A stretch of 64,000 nt of DNA from Clostridiales bacterium (GTDB lineage Bacteria > Bacillota > Clostridia > Oscillospirales > CAG-272). Positions 26,573 through 35,867 of the stretch are shown piece after piece. The first letter of the stretch is position 1. Every line of letters begins with the position of its first letter. The notes beneath the pieces are model-generated. The model made no database searches, was not told the origin of the DNA, and worked only from the letters and a program-made list of their open reading frames with translations. The stretch covers positions 4,432-68,431 of the forward strand of contig DURE01000045.1 in assembly GCA_012837425.1 (NCBI GenBank). Reading direction: 5' to 3'. The position numbers and the translations under genes were made by a program.

Positions 26573-28045
26573 ATGCTTTACAAGAGCACAAGAGACCCAA
26601 GTGGTGCCAGGTACACCTCAGCCGAGGTTGTTAAGCGGGGTATTGCCGACGACGGCGGGCTGTATCTCCCCGAGAGCATACCGACCCTTGCCAAGGATGA
26701 AATAGACAAACTCCGCCATGTGCCCTACCACGAGAGGGCGGCTCACATACTTACAAAATTTCTCACCGACTACTCGTTTGAGGAACTGCTTGACGACTGC
26801 CGTGCAGCCTACCGCCCCGAATCCTTCCCCGGCGGGCCCGCCCCCCTTGCCCGGCTTGACGACAGACTCTTTTCACTTGAGCTCTGGCACGGGCCTACCG
26901 CGGCCTTCAAGGACATGGCGCTGCAGCTCATGCCGCGGCTGCTTACCCGCGCGCTGAAAAAAACCGGCGAGAGAAGAGCCGCACATATACTGGTCGCCAC
27001 CTCAGGGGATACCGGCAAGGCGGCGCTTGAGGGCTTTCGGGACATCGACCAGACCCGGATAACCGTATTCTACCCCGAAAACGGCGTGAGTCTGGTACAA
27101 AAACTACAGATGGCAACCCAGACCGGCGGAAATGTCGATGTCTGCGCGGTGCGCGGCAACTTTGACGATTGCCAAAACGGCGTAAAACAGCTATTCTCGG
27201 ATTCAGAACTTGCCCTGGAGCTCGACCGCCGGGGAGCCTTTCTCTCAAGCGCCAACTCGATTAACTGGGGGCGCCTTGTGCCGCAGGTGGTCTATTATGT
27301 TTCGCTTTATTGTGAGCTGCAAAACTGCGGTGCGCTGAGGGCAGGCGACCGGTTCTGTGTCTGCGTGCCGACCGGCAATTTCGGAAATATTCTGGCAGCA
27401 TACATTGCCGGGCTGATGGGTGTGCCGATAAAAAAGCTTATCTGCGCTTCAAACTTAAATAACGTGCTGACAGATTTCCTGCGCACCGGAAGATACGAAC
27501 GCAACCGCACCTTCCACAAGACAATGTCACCCTCGATGGATATACTGATATCTAGCAACCTTGAGCGGCTGCTCTATTACATCGCCGGCGCCGATAAAAC
27601 TCGGGAATACACCGCAAAGCTCGCAAAAACCGGCAGCTATTTGATTGCCGGCGAAGAAAAGGATAAAATATCCGAGAGCTTTATCGGCTATTTTGCAGAC
27701 GAAACCGAAACCACGGCGGCTATACAAGACATTTTCAAAAAGTACGGCTACCTTTGCGACACACATACCGCCGTGGCCTTTAGCTGCGCCGAAAAATACC
27801 GGCGCGAGACCGGCGACAGGAGCATTATCGCCGTTGTGTCAACCGCAAGCCCCTATAAGTTTGCGGGAGATGTGTACCGGGCGATGACCGGCAGCGCCCC
27901 CGCCGGAGAACTTGAGGCCTTTGACCAACTGCACAGCCTCACCGGCAGACCGATTCCCTCCCCTCTTGCCGGTATAGGCAGTCGGCCGATAAGATTTACA
28001 ACCACGGTCGCCCGGGAAGAGATGAAAAATTATATTCTTAAGTAA
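26573..28045 (+). CDS. thrC: Threonine synthase (long form)
   Basis: MLYKSTRD start, PTAAFKD PLP-lysine motif and SGDTG. Confidence 0.9.
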   Translation: MLYKSTRDPSGARYTSAEVVKRGIADDGGLYLPESIPTLAKDEIDKLRHVPYHERAAHILTKFLTDYSFEELLDDCRAAYRPESFPGGPAPLARLDDRLFSLELWHGPTAAFKDMALQLMPRLLTRALKKTGERRAAHILVATSGDTGKAALEGFRDIDQTRITVFYPENGVSLVQKLQMATQTGGNVDVCAVRGNFDDCQNGVKQLFSDSELALELDRRGAFLSSANSINWGRLVPQVVYYVSLYCELQNCGALRAGDRFCVCVPTGNFGNILAAYIAGLMGVPIKKLICASNLNNVLTDFLRTGRYERNRTFHKTMSPSMDILISSNLERLLYYIAGADKTREYTAKLAKTGSYLIAGEEKDKISESFIGYFADETETTAAIQDIFKKYGYLCDTHTAVAFSCAEKYRRETGDRSIIAVVSTASPYKFAGDVYRAMTGSAPAGELEAFDQLHSLTGRPIPSPLAGIGSRPIRFTTTVAREEMKNYILK

Positions 28046-28123
28046 AAGCCGGCAATTTCATGCCGGCCGGCGACACCGGCGCTCTCGCCGGCTGCCGCAT
28101 AGGGCTTTCGGGCCGAGCCCGGA

Positions 28124-28339
28124 TTATTCGGACTTCGGTCTGAAGGTGGTGCAAAGGGTCTCGGCACTGCTCAGGGCACTCCCGGGACCTACGTTTATCT
28201 GCTCGGCGGTGCAATAATTGCTGCTGTCATGATAATAGCAGTTTTTGACGTCGCAACTAATGCACTCCTGTATCCCCTTGCCGCTTGCCTCCTTATGCTG
28301 CCTCTGACCCTTGTCTCTTTTTTCCATTTGTGTGACCAT
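28124..28339 (-). CDS. DUF1540-domain small protein
   Basis: C-x2-C..NC.YH....C.A..I.V pattern (ISCDVKNCYYHDSSNYCTAEQINV). Start is either of two nearby ATGs. Confidence 0.65.
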   Translation of the reverse strand: MVTQMEKRDKGQRQHKEASGKGIQECISCDVKNCYYHDSSNYCTAEQINVGPGSALSSAETLCTTFRPKSE

Positions 28340-28433
28340 CCCTTTATCCTTTTTGACCTTATCCTTGTCGGACCGGATATATTATGTGTAATAACATGTC
28401 ATTTATTCAAAAAGACCGAGAAAGGAGCCGCGT

Positions 28434-29153
28434 TTGTCTGTTTTTGTGATTTCAGATTTGCATCTCTCCTCGGACAGCACAAAATCAATGGAGGTCTTCG
28501 GGCCGCGCTGGAGCAATTACATGTCGCGCCTTTTTCAAAACTGGAACAGGGTTGTCGGGGATGGCGACACCGTGATAATCCCGGGCGATATTTCCTGGGC
28601 GCTCACACTTGAGGATGCCCTGCCCGACCTTCTTTTTCTTGAGCGGCTCCCCGGCAAGAAAATTATCGGCAAGGGGAATCACGACTATTGGTGGTCGACA
28701 CAAAAAAAGCTCAGAACACTCTTTGAGCGTAACCGTATTTCCTCAATAGACATACTTTATAACAATGCGCATGTCGTCGAAAACATAATAATCTGCGGGA
28801 CCCGCGGCTGGTACAACGAGCAAACCCGCACGCAGGCCGAAAACCAACCCGATTATAAGAAAATCATAAACCGCGAGGCCATACGGCTCAGCCTCAGCAC
28901 AGCGGCGGCCCGGCCGCTTGCAACAGAAACCGGCTATCCGGTAACAGCTTTCTTCCACTTCCCGCCGGTGTGGAACGGGTTTGTCTGCCGCGAGCTGGTT
29001 GACATTCTGCATGAACACAATATAACCATGTGTTATTATGGTCACATACATGGGTATTACGGGCCTGAGGCCAAGTTTGTTTTTGAAGATGTGACATTCC
29101 AGCTTGTTTCTTCTGATTATATCGATTTTGTACCGATGCCTGTCAGAATTTAG
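28434..29153 (+). CDS. Metallophosphoesterase (calcineurin-like)
   Basis: ISDLHL, GDISW, GNHDYW and GHIH motifs. TTG start 6 nt after AAAGGAG. Confidence 0.75.
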   Translation: MSVFVISDLHLSSDSTKSMEVFGPRWSNYMSRLFQNWNRVVGDGDTVIIPGDISWALTLEDALPDLLFLERLPGKKIIGKGNHDYWWSTQKKLRTLFERNRISSIDILYNNAHVVENIIICGTRGWYNEQTRTQAENQPDYKKIINREAIRLSLSTAAARPLATETGYPVTAFFHFPPVWNGFVCRELVDILHEHNITMCYYGHIHGYYGPEAKFVFEDVTFQLVSSDYIDFVPMPVRI

Positions 29154-29250
29154 AGCAGCATGGCCGATATAAAAGAAAACTATTGACAAAAGGCACATAA
29201 TGAAGTAAAATATAGAGGTTGCAAAATTATCTTCGGAGGGAATTGTTTTA

Positions 29251-30615
29251 ATGAGTTTAGTCAAAGCCGAAAAAACCGATAAAAATCTGTACACACTTGA
29301 GTTTTCGGTTGATAAGGCGGCATTTGAGGCTGCGATTGAGAACGCATATCGCAGGAGAGTTAAGAGAATCAGCATTCCGGGATTCAGACCCGGCAAGGCT
29401 TCGCGCAGCATAATCGAAAAAATGTACGGTAAAACCTACTTCTATGACGACGCTATAAACGAAGTTCTGCCCGACGCCTATGAGAATGCTTTAGACGAAT
29501 CGGGCCTTGAGGTGGTAAGCCGTCCCGAAATAGATGTGCTCTCTACCGACGACGGGGTGCGCTTTTCGGCCAAGGTATATGTAAAGCCCGATGTTTCGAT
29601 TGAGGGTTACAAGGGTATCGAGGTCGAAAGACACGTCCACAATGTGAGCGACGAGGAGGTTGACGCTGAAATATCGGTGATTCAGAGTCGCAACTCCCGC
29701 GAAATAAGCATCACAGACCGCCCCGCCGAGGTTGGCGATACCGTGTTTATTGACTTTGAGGGGTTCTGCGACGGCATAGCATTTGAAGGCGGCAAGGGCG
29801 AAGACCGCCCGCTCACACTCGGCTCCAATACCTTTATCCCCGGGTTTGAGGACCAGGTCGCAGGTCACAACCCAGGCGACGAATTTGAGGTCAATGTCAC
29901 ATTCCCCGAGGATTACCACGCCGAAGAGCTGGCCGGAAAACCCGCGGTTTTCAAATGCAAGCTCAGGTCAATAACCAAAACCGAGCTCCCCGCGCTTGAC
30001 GACGAATTTGCCAAGGACGTATCCGAGTTCGATACCTTCGCTGAATACAGAGATGACGTGAAGGCAAAAATCCAGAAGAGGCACGAGACCGAGGCCGACC
30101 GCGGGGTTGACAATGCGCTCTCTGATGCTCTTGTCGGAAAGCTGGTAGCGGATATTCCCGAGCCGATGTTTGAGGCTGAAGTCGACAGCTCGGTGCGGGA
30201 TTACGAAAACCACCTGCGCATGCAGGGGCTTGGCCTTGACCTGTACCTGCAGTACACCCAGCAGAAACTTGGGGATTTGCGAGAAAAGCTCCGCCCGGGC
30301 GCCGAAGAGCAGGTAAAGCTCAGGCTCGCCCTTGAGAAAATAGCCGAGCTTGAGGGCATTGCCGCTACCGAGGATGAGATAAATGCCGAATACGAGCGGC
30401 TTGAGAAACTATATAACACCGAGGCTGAAAAAATCCGGGAAATGGTGAGCGCCGAGGTGGTAAAAAAAGATTTGGCGCTGAAGAAGGCAATGAAATTCGT
30501 GCGGGACAATGCAGTAATAAAAGAAACCGAATGCCACTGCGACGACAAGGACGAGGATAACGACGACAAGGACGAGGACAACAAGGAAGCCCCCGATGGA
30601 GATAAGACCGAGTAA
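29251..30615 (+). CDS. tig: Trigger factor
   Basis: IPGFRPGKA motif and PPIase-like middle domain, located upstream of clpP-clpX. It has an acidic D/E/K-rich C-terminal extension. Confidence 0.9.
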   Translation: MSLVKAEKTDKNLYTLEFSVDKAAFEAAIENAYRRRVKRISIPGFRPGKASRSIIEKMYGKTYFYDDAINEVLPDAYENALDESGLEVVSRPEIDVLSTDDGVRFSAKVYVKPDVSIEGYKGIEVERHVHNVSDEEVDAEISVIQSRNSREISITDRPAEVGDTVFIDFEGFCDGIAFEGGKGEDRPLTLGSNTFIPGFEDQVAGHNPGDEFEVNVTFPEDYHAEELAGKPAVFKCKLRSITKTELPALDDEFAKDVSEFDTFAEYRDDVKAKIQKRHETEADRGVDNALSDALVGKLVADIPEPMFEAEVDSSVRDYENHLRMQGLGLDLYLQYTQQKLGDLREKLRPGAEEQVKLRLALEKIAELEGIAATEDEINAEYERLEKLYNTEAEKIREMVSAEVVKKDLALKKAMKFVRDNAVIKETECHCDDKDEDNDDKDEDNKEAPDGDKTE

Positions 30616-30651
30616 GTTTATAGAGAAAAATTTTATGAGCCGGAGGGAAAC

Positions 30652-31266
30652 ATGTTCAGTGATTATATAAGGGACATAAAAGCTGCCCTTGTGCCTGTGG
30701 TCGTGGAGCAAACCAGCAGGGGGGAAAGGTCCTACGATATTTTTTCAAGATTGCTCAATGACCGGATTATATTCCTTTCAGACGAAGTCAACGACACCAC
30801 GGCCTCGCTGGTCGTGGCCCAGATGCTCTTCCTTGAAGCCCAGGACCCGGATAAGGACATCAACTTCTATATCAACTCTCCGGGCGGTTCTCTTACGGCC
30901 GGAATGGCTATATATGATACCATGAATTTTGTTAAATGCGACGTTGCTACCATTTGTGTCGGGATGGCTGCCAGCATGGGCTCTTTCCTGCTCGCCGCCG
31001 GTACAAAGGGCAAGCGTGCCGCGCTCCCCAACAGCCTTATTATGATTCATCAGCCTATCGGCGGGGCCAAAGGCCAGGCGAGCGACATCAAGATACAGGC
31101 CGAGCTTATCCTGCGCATGAGGGATAACATCAACAACATTCTGGCAGAACGCACCGGCAAAACGGTTGAGCAGATAGCCCGCGACACAGACCGCGATTTT
31201 TATATGATCGCCGCCGAGGCCAAGGAATACGGTATTATAGACTCGGTCATGACCAAACGCCCGTAA
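30652..31266 (+). CDS. clpP: ATP-dependent Clp protease proteolytic subunit
   Basis: [22 protein letters not shown]; catalytic GMAASMG and MIHQP motifs. Confidence 0.95.
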   Translation: MFSDYIRDIKAALVPVVVEQTSRGERSYDIFSRLLNDRIIFLSDEVNDTTASLVVAQMLFLEAQDPDKDINFYINSPGGSLTAGMAIYDTMNFVKCDVATICVGMAASMGSFLLAAGTKGKRAALPNSLIMIHQPIGGAKGQASDIKIQAELILRMRDNINNILAERTGKTVEQIARDTDRDFYMIAAEAKEYGIIDSVMTKRP

Positions 31267-31368
31267 TTTTTCTGAACTCCCCAGCACAAATTACCTATTA
31301 CATGCTTTCCTATTGCCGCGACAGGTGCTGCGGCGGGAGGCACTGAACCCAAAGAGAGGCACTACAAA

Positions 31369-32691
31369 ATGGCTGGCGCAAATACCACCAACCGCAACAA
31401 CAAAACAACGACGCGCTTCTGCTCGTTTTGCGGTCGGAACGAGAATCAGGTCAACTTTCTAATCCCTTCTCCGACAGGCCTTTATATCTGCGACTTCTGC
31501 GTCGATGCCTGCGAGGAGCTGATTTACAGCAACCTGCCGCAGGAAAAGGACATCGGCTCGCTGACGCTCGACGCGCTTCCCCGCCCCAAGGATATAAAGC
31601 AAACCCTCGACCAATATGTGATAGGTCAGGAAAGGGCTAAAGTTTCCTTGTCAGTGGCGGTTTATAACCATTACAAGCGGGTGCTCAGCTCAGACCTCAA
31701 CCGTAGAGGTCGGCGGCACTCCCAGCGGAATAAGGCACAGGAAAAAGCAGTTGACGAAAATGAAGTAGATCTTCAGAAGAGCAATGTCCTGCTTATCGGG
31801 CCTACCGGCGTGGGCAAGACCTATCTGGCACAGACGCTTGCCAAGACCCTGAAGGTTCCCTTTGCCATCGCCGACGCCACGACCCTGACCGAGGCGGGAT
31901 ATGTCGGCGAGGATGTCGAGAACATCCTCCTGCGTCTCATACAGGCTGCCGACTATGACATCGAGCTTGCAGAGCGCGGCATTATCTATATCGACGAAAT
32001 CGACAAAATCTCGCGGCGGAGCGAAAACCGCTCGATAACCCGCGACGTCTCGGGCGAGGGCGTTCAGCAGGCCCTGCTTAAAATACTCGAGGGAACTATA
32101 TCAAACGTGCCCCCGCAGGGCGGCCGGAAGCATCCGAATCAGGAGTTTATCCAGATAAATACCGAAAACATCCTTTTTATCTGCGGCGGTGCTTTTGATG
32201 GACTTGAGAAAATAATTGAGAAACGCAAAGGCAACAACACCGTAGGATTCCAGGGCGAAATCAGAAAGAGGGACGAAAAGCGCGCAAACGGCATTTTGAG
32301 GGATGTTATTCCCCATGACCTCATAAAGTTCGGGCTCATCCCCGAGCTTGTCGGGCGCCTGCCTATTATCGTCACGCTTGACGAGCTTGACAACGACGCG
32401 CTTGTGAAAATCATCAGCGAGCCAAAAAACTCGCTGCTCCGCCAGTATATAAAGCTCTTTCAAATGGACGGAGTGGAGCTCCACTTCGATGAGGCAGCGC
32501 TAAGAGCAGTGGCCGACCTGGCAATTGCCCGCAAAACCGGCGCGCGCGGTCTGAGGTCTATCCTGGAGGGCCTTATGACCGAGCTGATGTTTGAGATTCC
32601 GAGCCGGCGGGATGTGGAGGCGGTCAGGATTACCGAGGGCTGCGTCAAGGGCACCGAAAAACCGCAGCTTATCTTCAGAAGCGCGGTATAA
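31369..32691 (+). CDS. clpX: ATP-dependent Clp protease ATP-binding subunit ClpX
   Basis: CSFCGR...CDFC zinc ribbon, Walker A GPTGVGKT and IIYIDEIDK. Confidence 0.95.
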   Translation: MAGANTTNRNNKTTTRFCSFCGRNENQVNFLIPSPTGLYICDFCVDACEELIYSNLPQEKDIGSLTLDALPRPKDIKQTLDQYVIGQERAKVSLSVAVYNHYKRVLSSDLNRRGRRHSQRNKAQEKAVDENEVDLQKSNVLLIGPTGVGKTYLAQTLAKTLKVPFAIADATTLTEAGYVGEDVENILLRLIQAADYDIELAERGIIYIDEIDKISRRSENRSITRDVSGEGVQQALLKILEGTISNVPPQGGRKHPNQEFIQINTENILFICGGAFDGLEKIIEKRKGNNTVGFQGEIRKRDEKRANGILRDVIPHDLIKFGLIPELVGRLPIIVTLDELDNDALVKIISEPKNSLLRQYIKLFQMDGVELHFDEAALRAVADLAIARKTGARGLRSILEGLMTELMFEIPSRRDVEAVRITEGCVKGTEKPQLIFRSAV

Positions 32692-32777
32692 AATCAACAA
32701 ATTCCCGCTCCCAGAGAAAGGGCGCAACGGCGGCCCATAGGCTGCCGATAATCTCATATCCACTTATGTAGGAATAC

Positions 32778-32826
32778 TCGGCGGCCGAATATCCGAAGCC
32801 AGCGCTCGGGATATACGGCCGCCGGA
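32778..32826. terminator. Long hairpin between convergent genes
   Basis: CGGCGGCCGAATATCC ... GGATATACGGCCGCCG inverted repeat. Confidence 0.5.
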
Positions 32827-32907
32827 TTTATTGGCGGTTTAATTTATTTTTCATGTCGGGTGGTGTTTGCCTGTTTCCTTATTACCTGTTCGCTCTTACC
32901 TGCCCTG

Positions 32908-33738
32908 TCAGCCACCGCATTTCTTTTCTATGCTGCCGGGACAGAGGGTGGGCGGGCTGAACTCGCTTACCGGGAACGCCATCTTTCTGAATAGGCTGCA
33001 GGGGTCGTCGTCGGCCGCCTCAACGCATTCCTTGTCGGGCACCATGTATTCGGTCGCGTTGATAAGGTACTGGCCGGGTCTTACAATCCTTACAACCGAG
33101 AAGATACCGAGCGTCACAGCCAGATATTTCTCGCGCTTGCCGTCGTCGCTGAGATTTCCGCTCAGACGGTGGGTCACCGCCTCGGGAATATCGCAGGCAC
33201 AGCAGCAGTAATAGCATTTCCGCTCGTCGCAGGGATCTATCACCTTGGTCTGAAGCACCACCGGGTCAACTACCTCGACAACCGCGTTGGGCACGTTCCT
33301 GCTGCAGCAAATCGGGTCGGGGTTCTGACAATAATCATTCGGGTCGGCATTGCTCTTGAAAATACAGACGTTGCTCTCACTCCCGTACAGGATAACCTTT
33401 TTCTCTACGACGGCTACCCCGTCGAACTCCTGGGCTTTCCCTCCGATGCAGGCCTCACACACCAGCTTGACATAGAATCTGATTGTCACCGTGTAGAAGC
33501 CGCGGTTGAAGAGCACCGGCTCGATGTTTATGTAAGTCCATGCAATGCACGCGCTTTTTGTCCTCACAACCGACGTGCGCTCTATGATATCGTTTCCGAA
33601 GTCGGTGAGTATGACCCGGACATTCTCAAAACAATCGCGGTCCCGGCAGGAGTCAAGTATTCTGTTTGTTTCAATGCAAATCATTTCCCTACCCGACGAA
33701 CCACCCGAACATCCGCATGAAAATCGATTTTCTGCCAT
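32908..33738 (-). CDS. Cysteine-rich hypothetical protein (276 aa, about 20 Cys)
   Basis: GGAGG lies 10 nt before ATG (MAENRFSCGCSGG...). CC, CCCAC and C-terminal KKCGG clusters. No family recognised. Confidence 0.6.
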   Translation of the reverse strand: MAENRFSCGCSGGSSGREMICIETNRILDSCRDRDCFENVRVILTDFGNDIIERTSVVRTKSACIAWTYINIEPVLFNRGFYTVTIRFYVKLVCEACIGGKAQEFDGVAVVEKKVILYGSESNVCIFKSNADPNDYCQNPDPICCSRNVPNAVVEVVDPVVLQTKVIDPCDERKCYYCCCACDIPEAVTHRLSGNLSDDGKREKYLAVTLGIFSVVRIVRPGQYLINATEYMVPDKECVEAADDDPCSLFRKMAFPVSEFSPPTLCPGSIEKKCGG

Positions 33739-33845
33739 ATTTCTGTAACCTCCAGTTTTTGTGCGGAGATAAGTCAATCTCCTATAATATCTTATGCGTT
33801 TTTCTGAAATTTGACATTGCTCGGGGATTTTATTTGTTTTTTAAC

Positions 33846-33960
33846 ATACAAAAGTCGAGTGTGGGGGCGTTTGGGAAACCTTGCGGCTGTCAGCGCCTTC
33901 TTGTAGGGCGCGCAGGCTTGTCGTTGCGAGACAAACGCGCTCCCTGTATTTCCCGCCAAA
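33846..33960. repeat. Long imperfect palindrome (about 115 bp extended hairpin)
   Basis: The outer arms GCGTTTGGGAAAC / TTTCCCGCCAAACG and inner arms AGGGCGCG / CGCGCTCCCT pair imperfectly. Confidence 0.4.
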
Positions 33961-34015
33961 CGACATACCGTGAAAGATGCCAGGCAAATTATCGTCCAAA
34001 TAACATCACATCAAC

Positions 34016-34044
34016 AAAAAGCCCGCCGATCGGCGGGCTTTTTT
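34016..34044. terminator. Bidirectional intrinsic terminator
   Basis: AAAAA-GCCCGCCGATCGGCGGGC-TTTTTT. Confidence 0.75.
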
Positions 34045-34065
34045 GTATATTGGGATGCCGGGAGC

Positions 34066-35625
34066 TCAGGGGTTGCTGTCATTGTATTCGGTAATATCAG
34101 CCTCGGTTATGCCGAAGTATTCCATAAGCCCCTCAACCGTAATATTCTCCTCACTGCCAAAATACGACATAAGGCTGATTGCAAGCAGCTTTGCCTTGGC
34201 AGATGAAACCGAATAATTGTAGCTCTCGGCCGTGCTGACAATTTTATCGGCAAGCGAATTCACGCGGCTCTCATAATCAAGCTCGGCAGTGGTATTTAGC
34301 TCCTCTACAAGCGCGTTTTTTATTTCATCATACGCTCCCGACTCATCGGCCGGAATGGTTGTGATATTGTATTCTCTGATAAGGTCCGAGCCGAGCTGCC
34401 CCACCGCCTCTATAACCGGGGCCATGTTTTGGTTCTCGCCGATTACTATCAGCGAGTCGGCCAGAAGCTCTATCGCCTCGTCCGAGCTGACGTCAACCTC
34501 CTCCCCGGTAAGGCTCATGATATTCTCCATCACAGAACTCCTATCGCCGTCGCTGCCGACCAGAGTGTTGAGAATATCTTCGACATTTTCGGGCGTCGCA
34601 CCCCTGAAGGACTGCATCAGCGCCCCCACGAGCACCCCTGCCGGGCTGTTTGCATTGGCGGGAGGCTCGATTCCGATAAAGCTCTCGCCGTTTTCCCAGG
34701 ACACGGTCGCCGCATTGAGAAGCTGCGAGGAGATCTCGGGCAGCAATACCGATTGTTCCATATAGGGTACAAGGACGGCGACCGCGTTGATAGCGGCCAG
34801 TTCTGTGGACATGCCTGACCCGAGGCTTTCGTTGTATATCCTCATCGCCTCGCCGGTGGCGTTAAGGATTACCGTCATCTCGTCGGCCAGGTTTGTGTCA
34901 TACCCTTCGATGCTAGTAAGTGCTTCGGTAATAAGGCCGGCGAAAAACCCGGCGAATGTAAAGCCACCATTTGAGGAGGAAAGGTCCCTGTGTACCAAAC
35001 CCGGCAAGAGCGAGGGCTTGAGTATATTTTTGGGAATTGCCACGCCGGCAGTGTCTGTCTGCCGGGTTTCATATCCCGGCAGGCCGAGCGCTTCAAGCGC
35101 CTGTGAGTCGACCGAGCGCAGGATAACAACTGCACAGGAGAGCGGGGCAAGCAGTACCGCGGCAATAAGAATTCCCTGAATCACGCCAATTCCGGCGCCT
35201 ATCCAGCTGCTGGCCGCACCTTTCGGGTCGCCGTCTTTTTTCACCAGCAGAATAAGCTTCTCGGACAGGGTTTTCAGCCTAATCAGCGAGAGCAGCTGCA
35301 ACACTCCGAAAACAAGCGCGAAAATAACCGGAACAAGCAGGGCGGTAATAATCCTGCCCACAAGCTGCTCGGTCTGGGGCGACCTGAGCATCAGCTGCTT
35401 TATCGGCTCGCTGTAAAACCGGGCGACAGCAATCAGGGCGACCCCGGAAAAAAGTCCGGCAAGCCACCTGGCAAGGAAAAAGGACAATACCGCGAGAACC
35501 GAAAGGTAAATCAGTCTTACAACCGACCGGCCGGTGCCGCGGCGGTAGCCCAGCCAGATGCATATGGCGAGAATCACCACCTGAAGGGCCAGAAATAGCA
35601 AGGATAAAAGAGTAGCGAGGTTCAT
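34066..35625 (-). CDS. CvpA-family membrane protein with a long C-terminal extension
   Basis: The N-terminal 4-5 TM region resembles colicin V production protein. The acidic soluble C-terminal half is unassigned. Confidence 0.55.
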   Translation of the reverse strand: MNLATLLSLLFLALQVVILAICIWLGYRRGTGRSVVRLIYLSVLAVLSFFLARWLAGLFSGVALIAVARFYSEPIKQLMLRSPQTEQLVGRIITALLVPVIFALVFGVLQLLSLIRLKTLSEKLILLVKKDGDPKGAASSWIGAGIGVIQGILIAAVLLAPLSCAVVILRSVDSQALEALGLPGYETRQTDTAGVAIPKNILKPSLLPGLVHRDLSSSNGGFTFAGFFAGLITEALTSIEGYDTNLADEMTVILNATGEAMRIYNESLGSGMSTELAAINAVAVLVPYMEQSVLLPEISSQLLNAATVSWENGESFIGIEPPANANSPAGVLVGALMQSFRGATPENVEDILNTLVGSDGDRSSVMENIMSLTGEEVDVSSDEAIELLADSLIVIGENQNMAPVIEAVGQLGSDLIREYNITTIPADESGAYDEIKNALVEELNTTAELDYESRVNSLADKIVSTAESYNYSVSSAKAKLLAISLMSYFGSEENITVEGLMEYFGITEADITEYNDSNP

Positions 35626-35804
35626 AATTCCACCCCCTGTGAATTTGTCAGTTCTATTCTATTACATTCGGCATAAATTGTCAACGAAATTTTGCGTGGG
35701 AATTCTAAATTTCGGAAGTATCCTTGAAATAGCGACAGCAGCGCGGGTTGGTGAGCCCGCGCTGCAATACTCAGCGATGTAGTTTTTGACAGTTGTTTGA
35801 GATT

Positions 35805-35863
35805 CTCAAGGAACTAATTTTCAAAAAAGCTCCTTGAGCGGGGGTACCGGGGCAGCGCCCCGC
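35805..35863. repeat. Dispersed palindromic intergenic repeat, copy E (inverted relative to C)
   Basis: CTCAAGGAACTAATTTTCAAAAAAGCTCCTTGAG, then GCGGGGGTACCGGGGCAGCGCCCCGC. It ends 4 nt from the carB stop. Confidence 0.55.
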
Positions 35864-35867
35864 ATCC

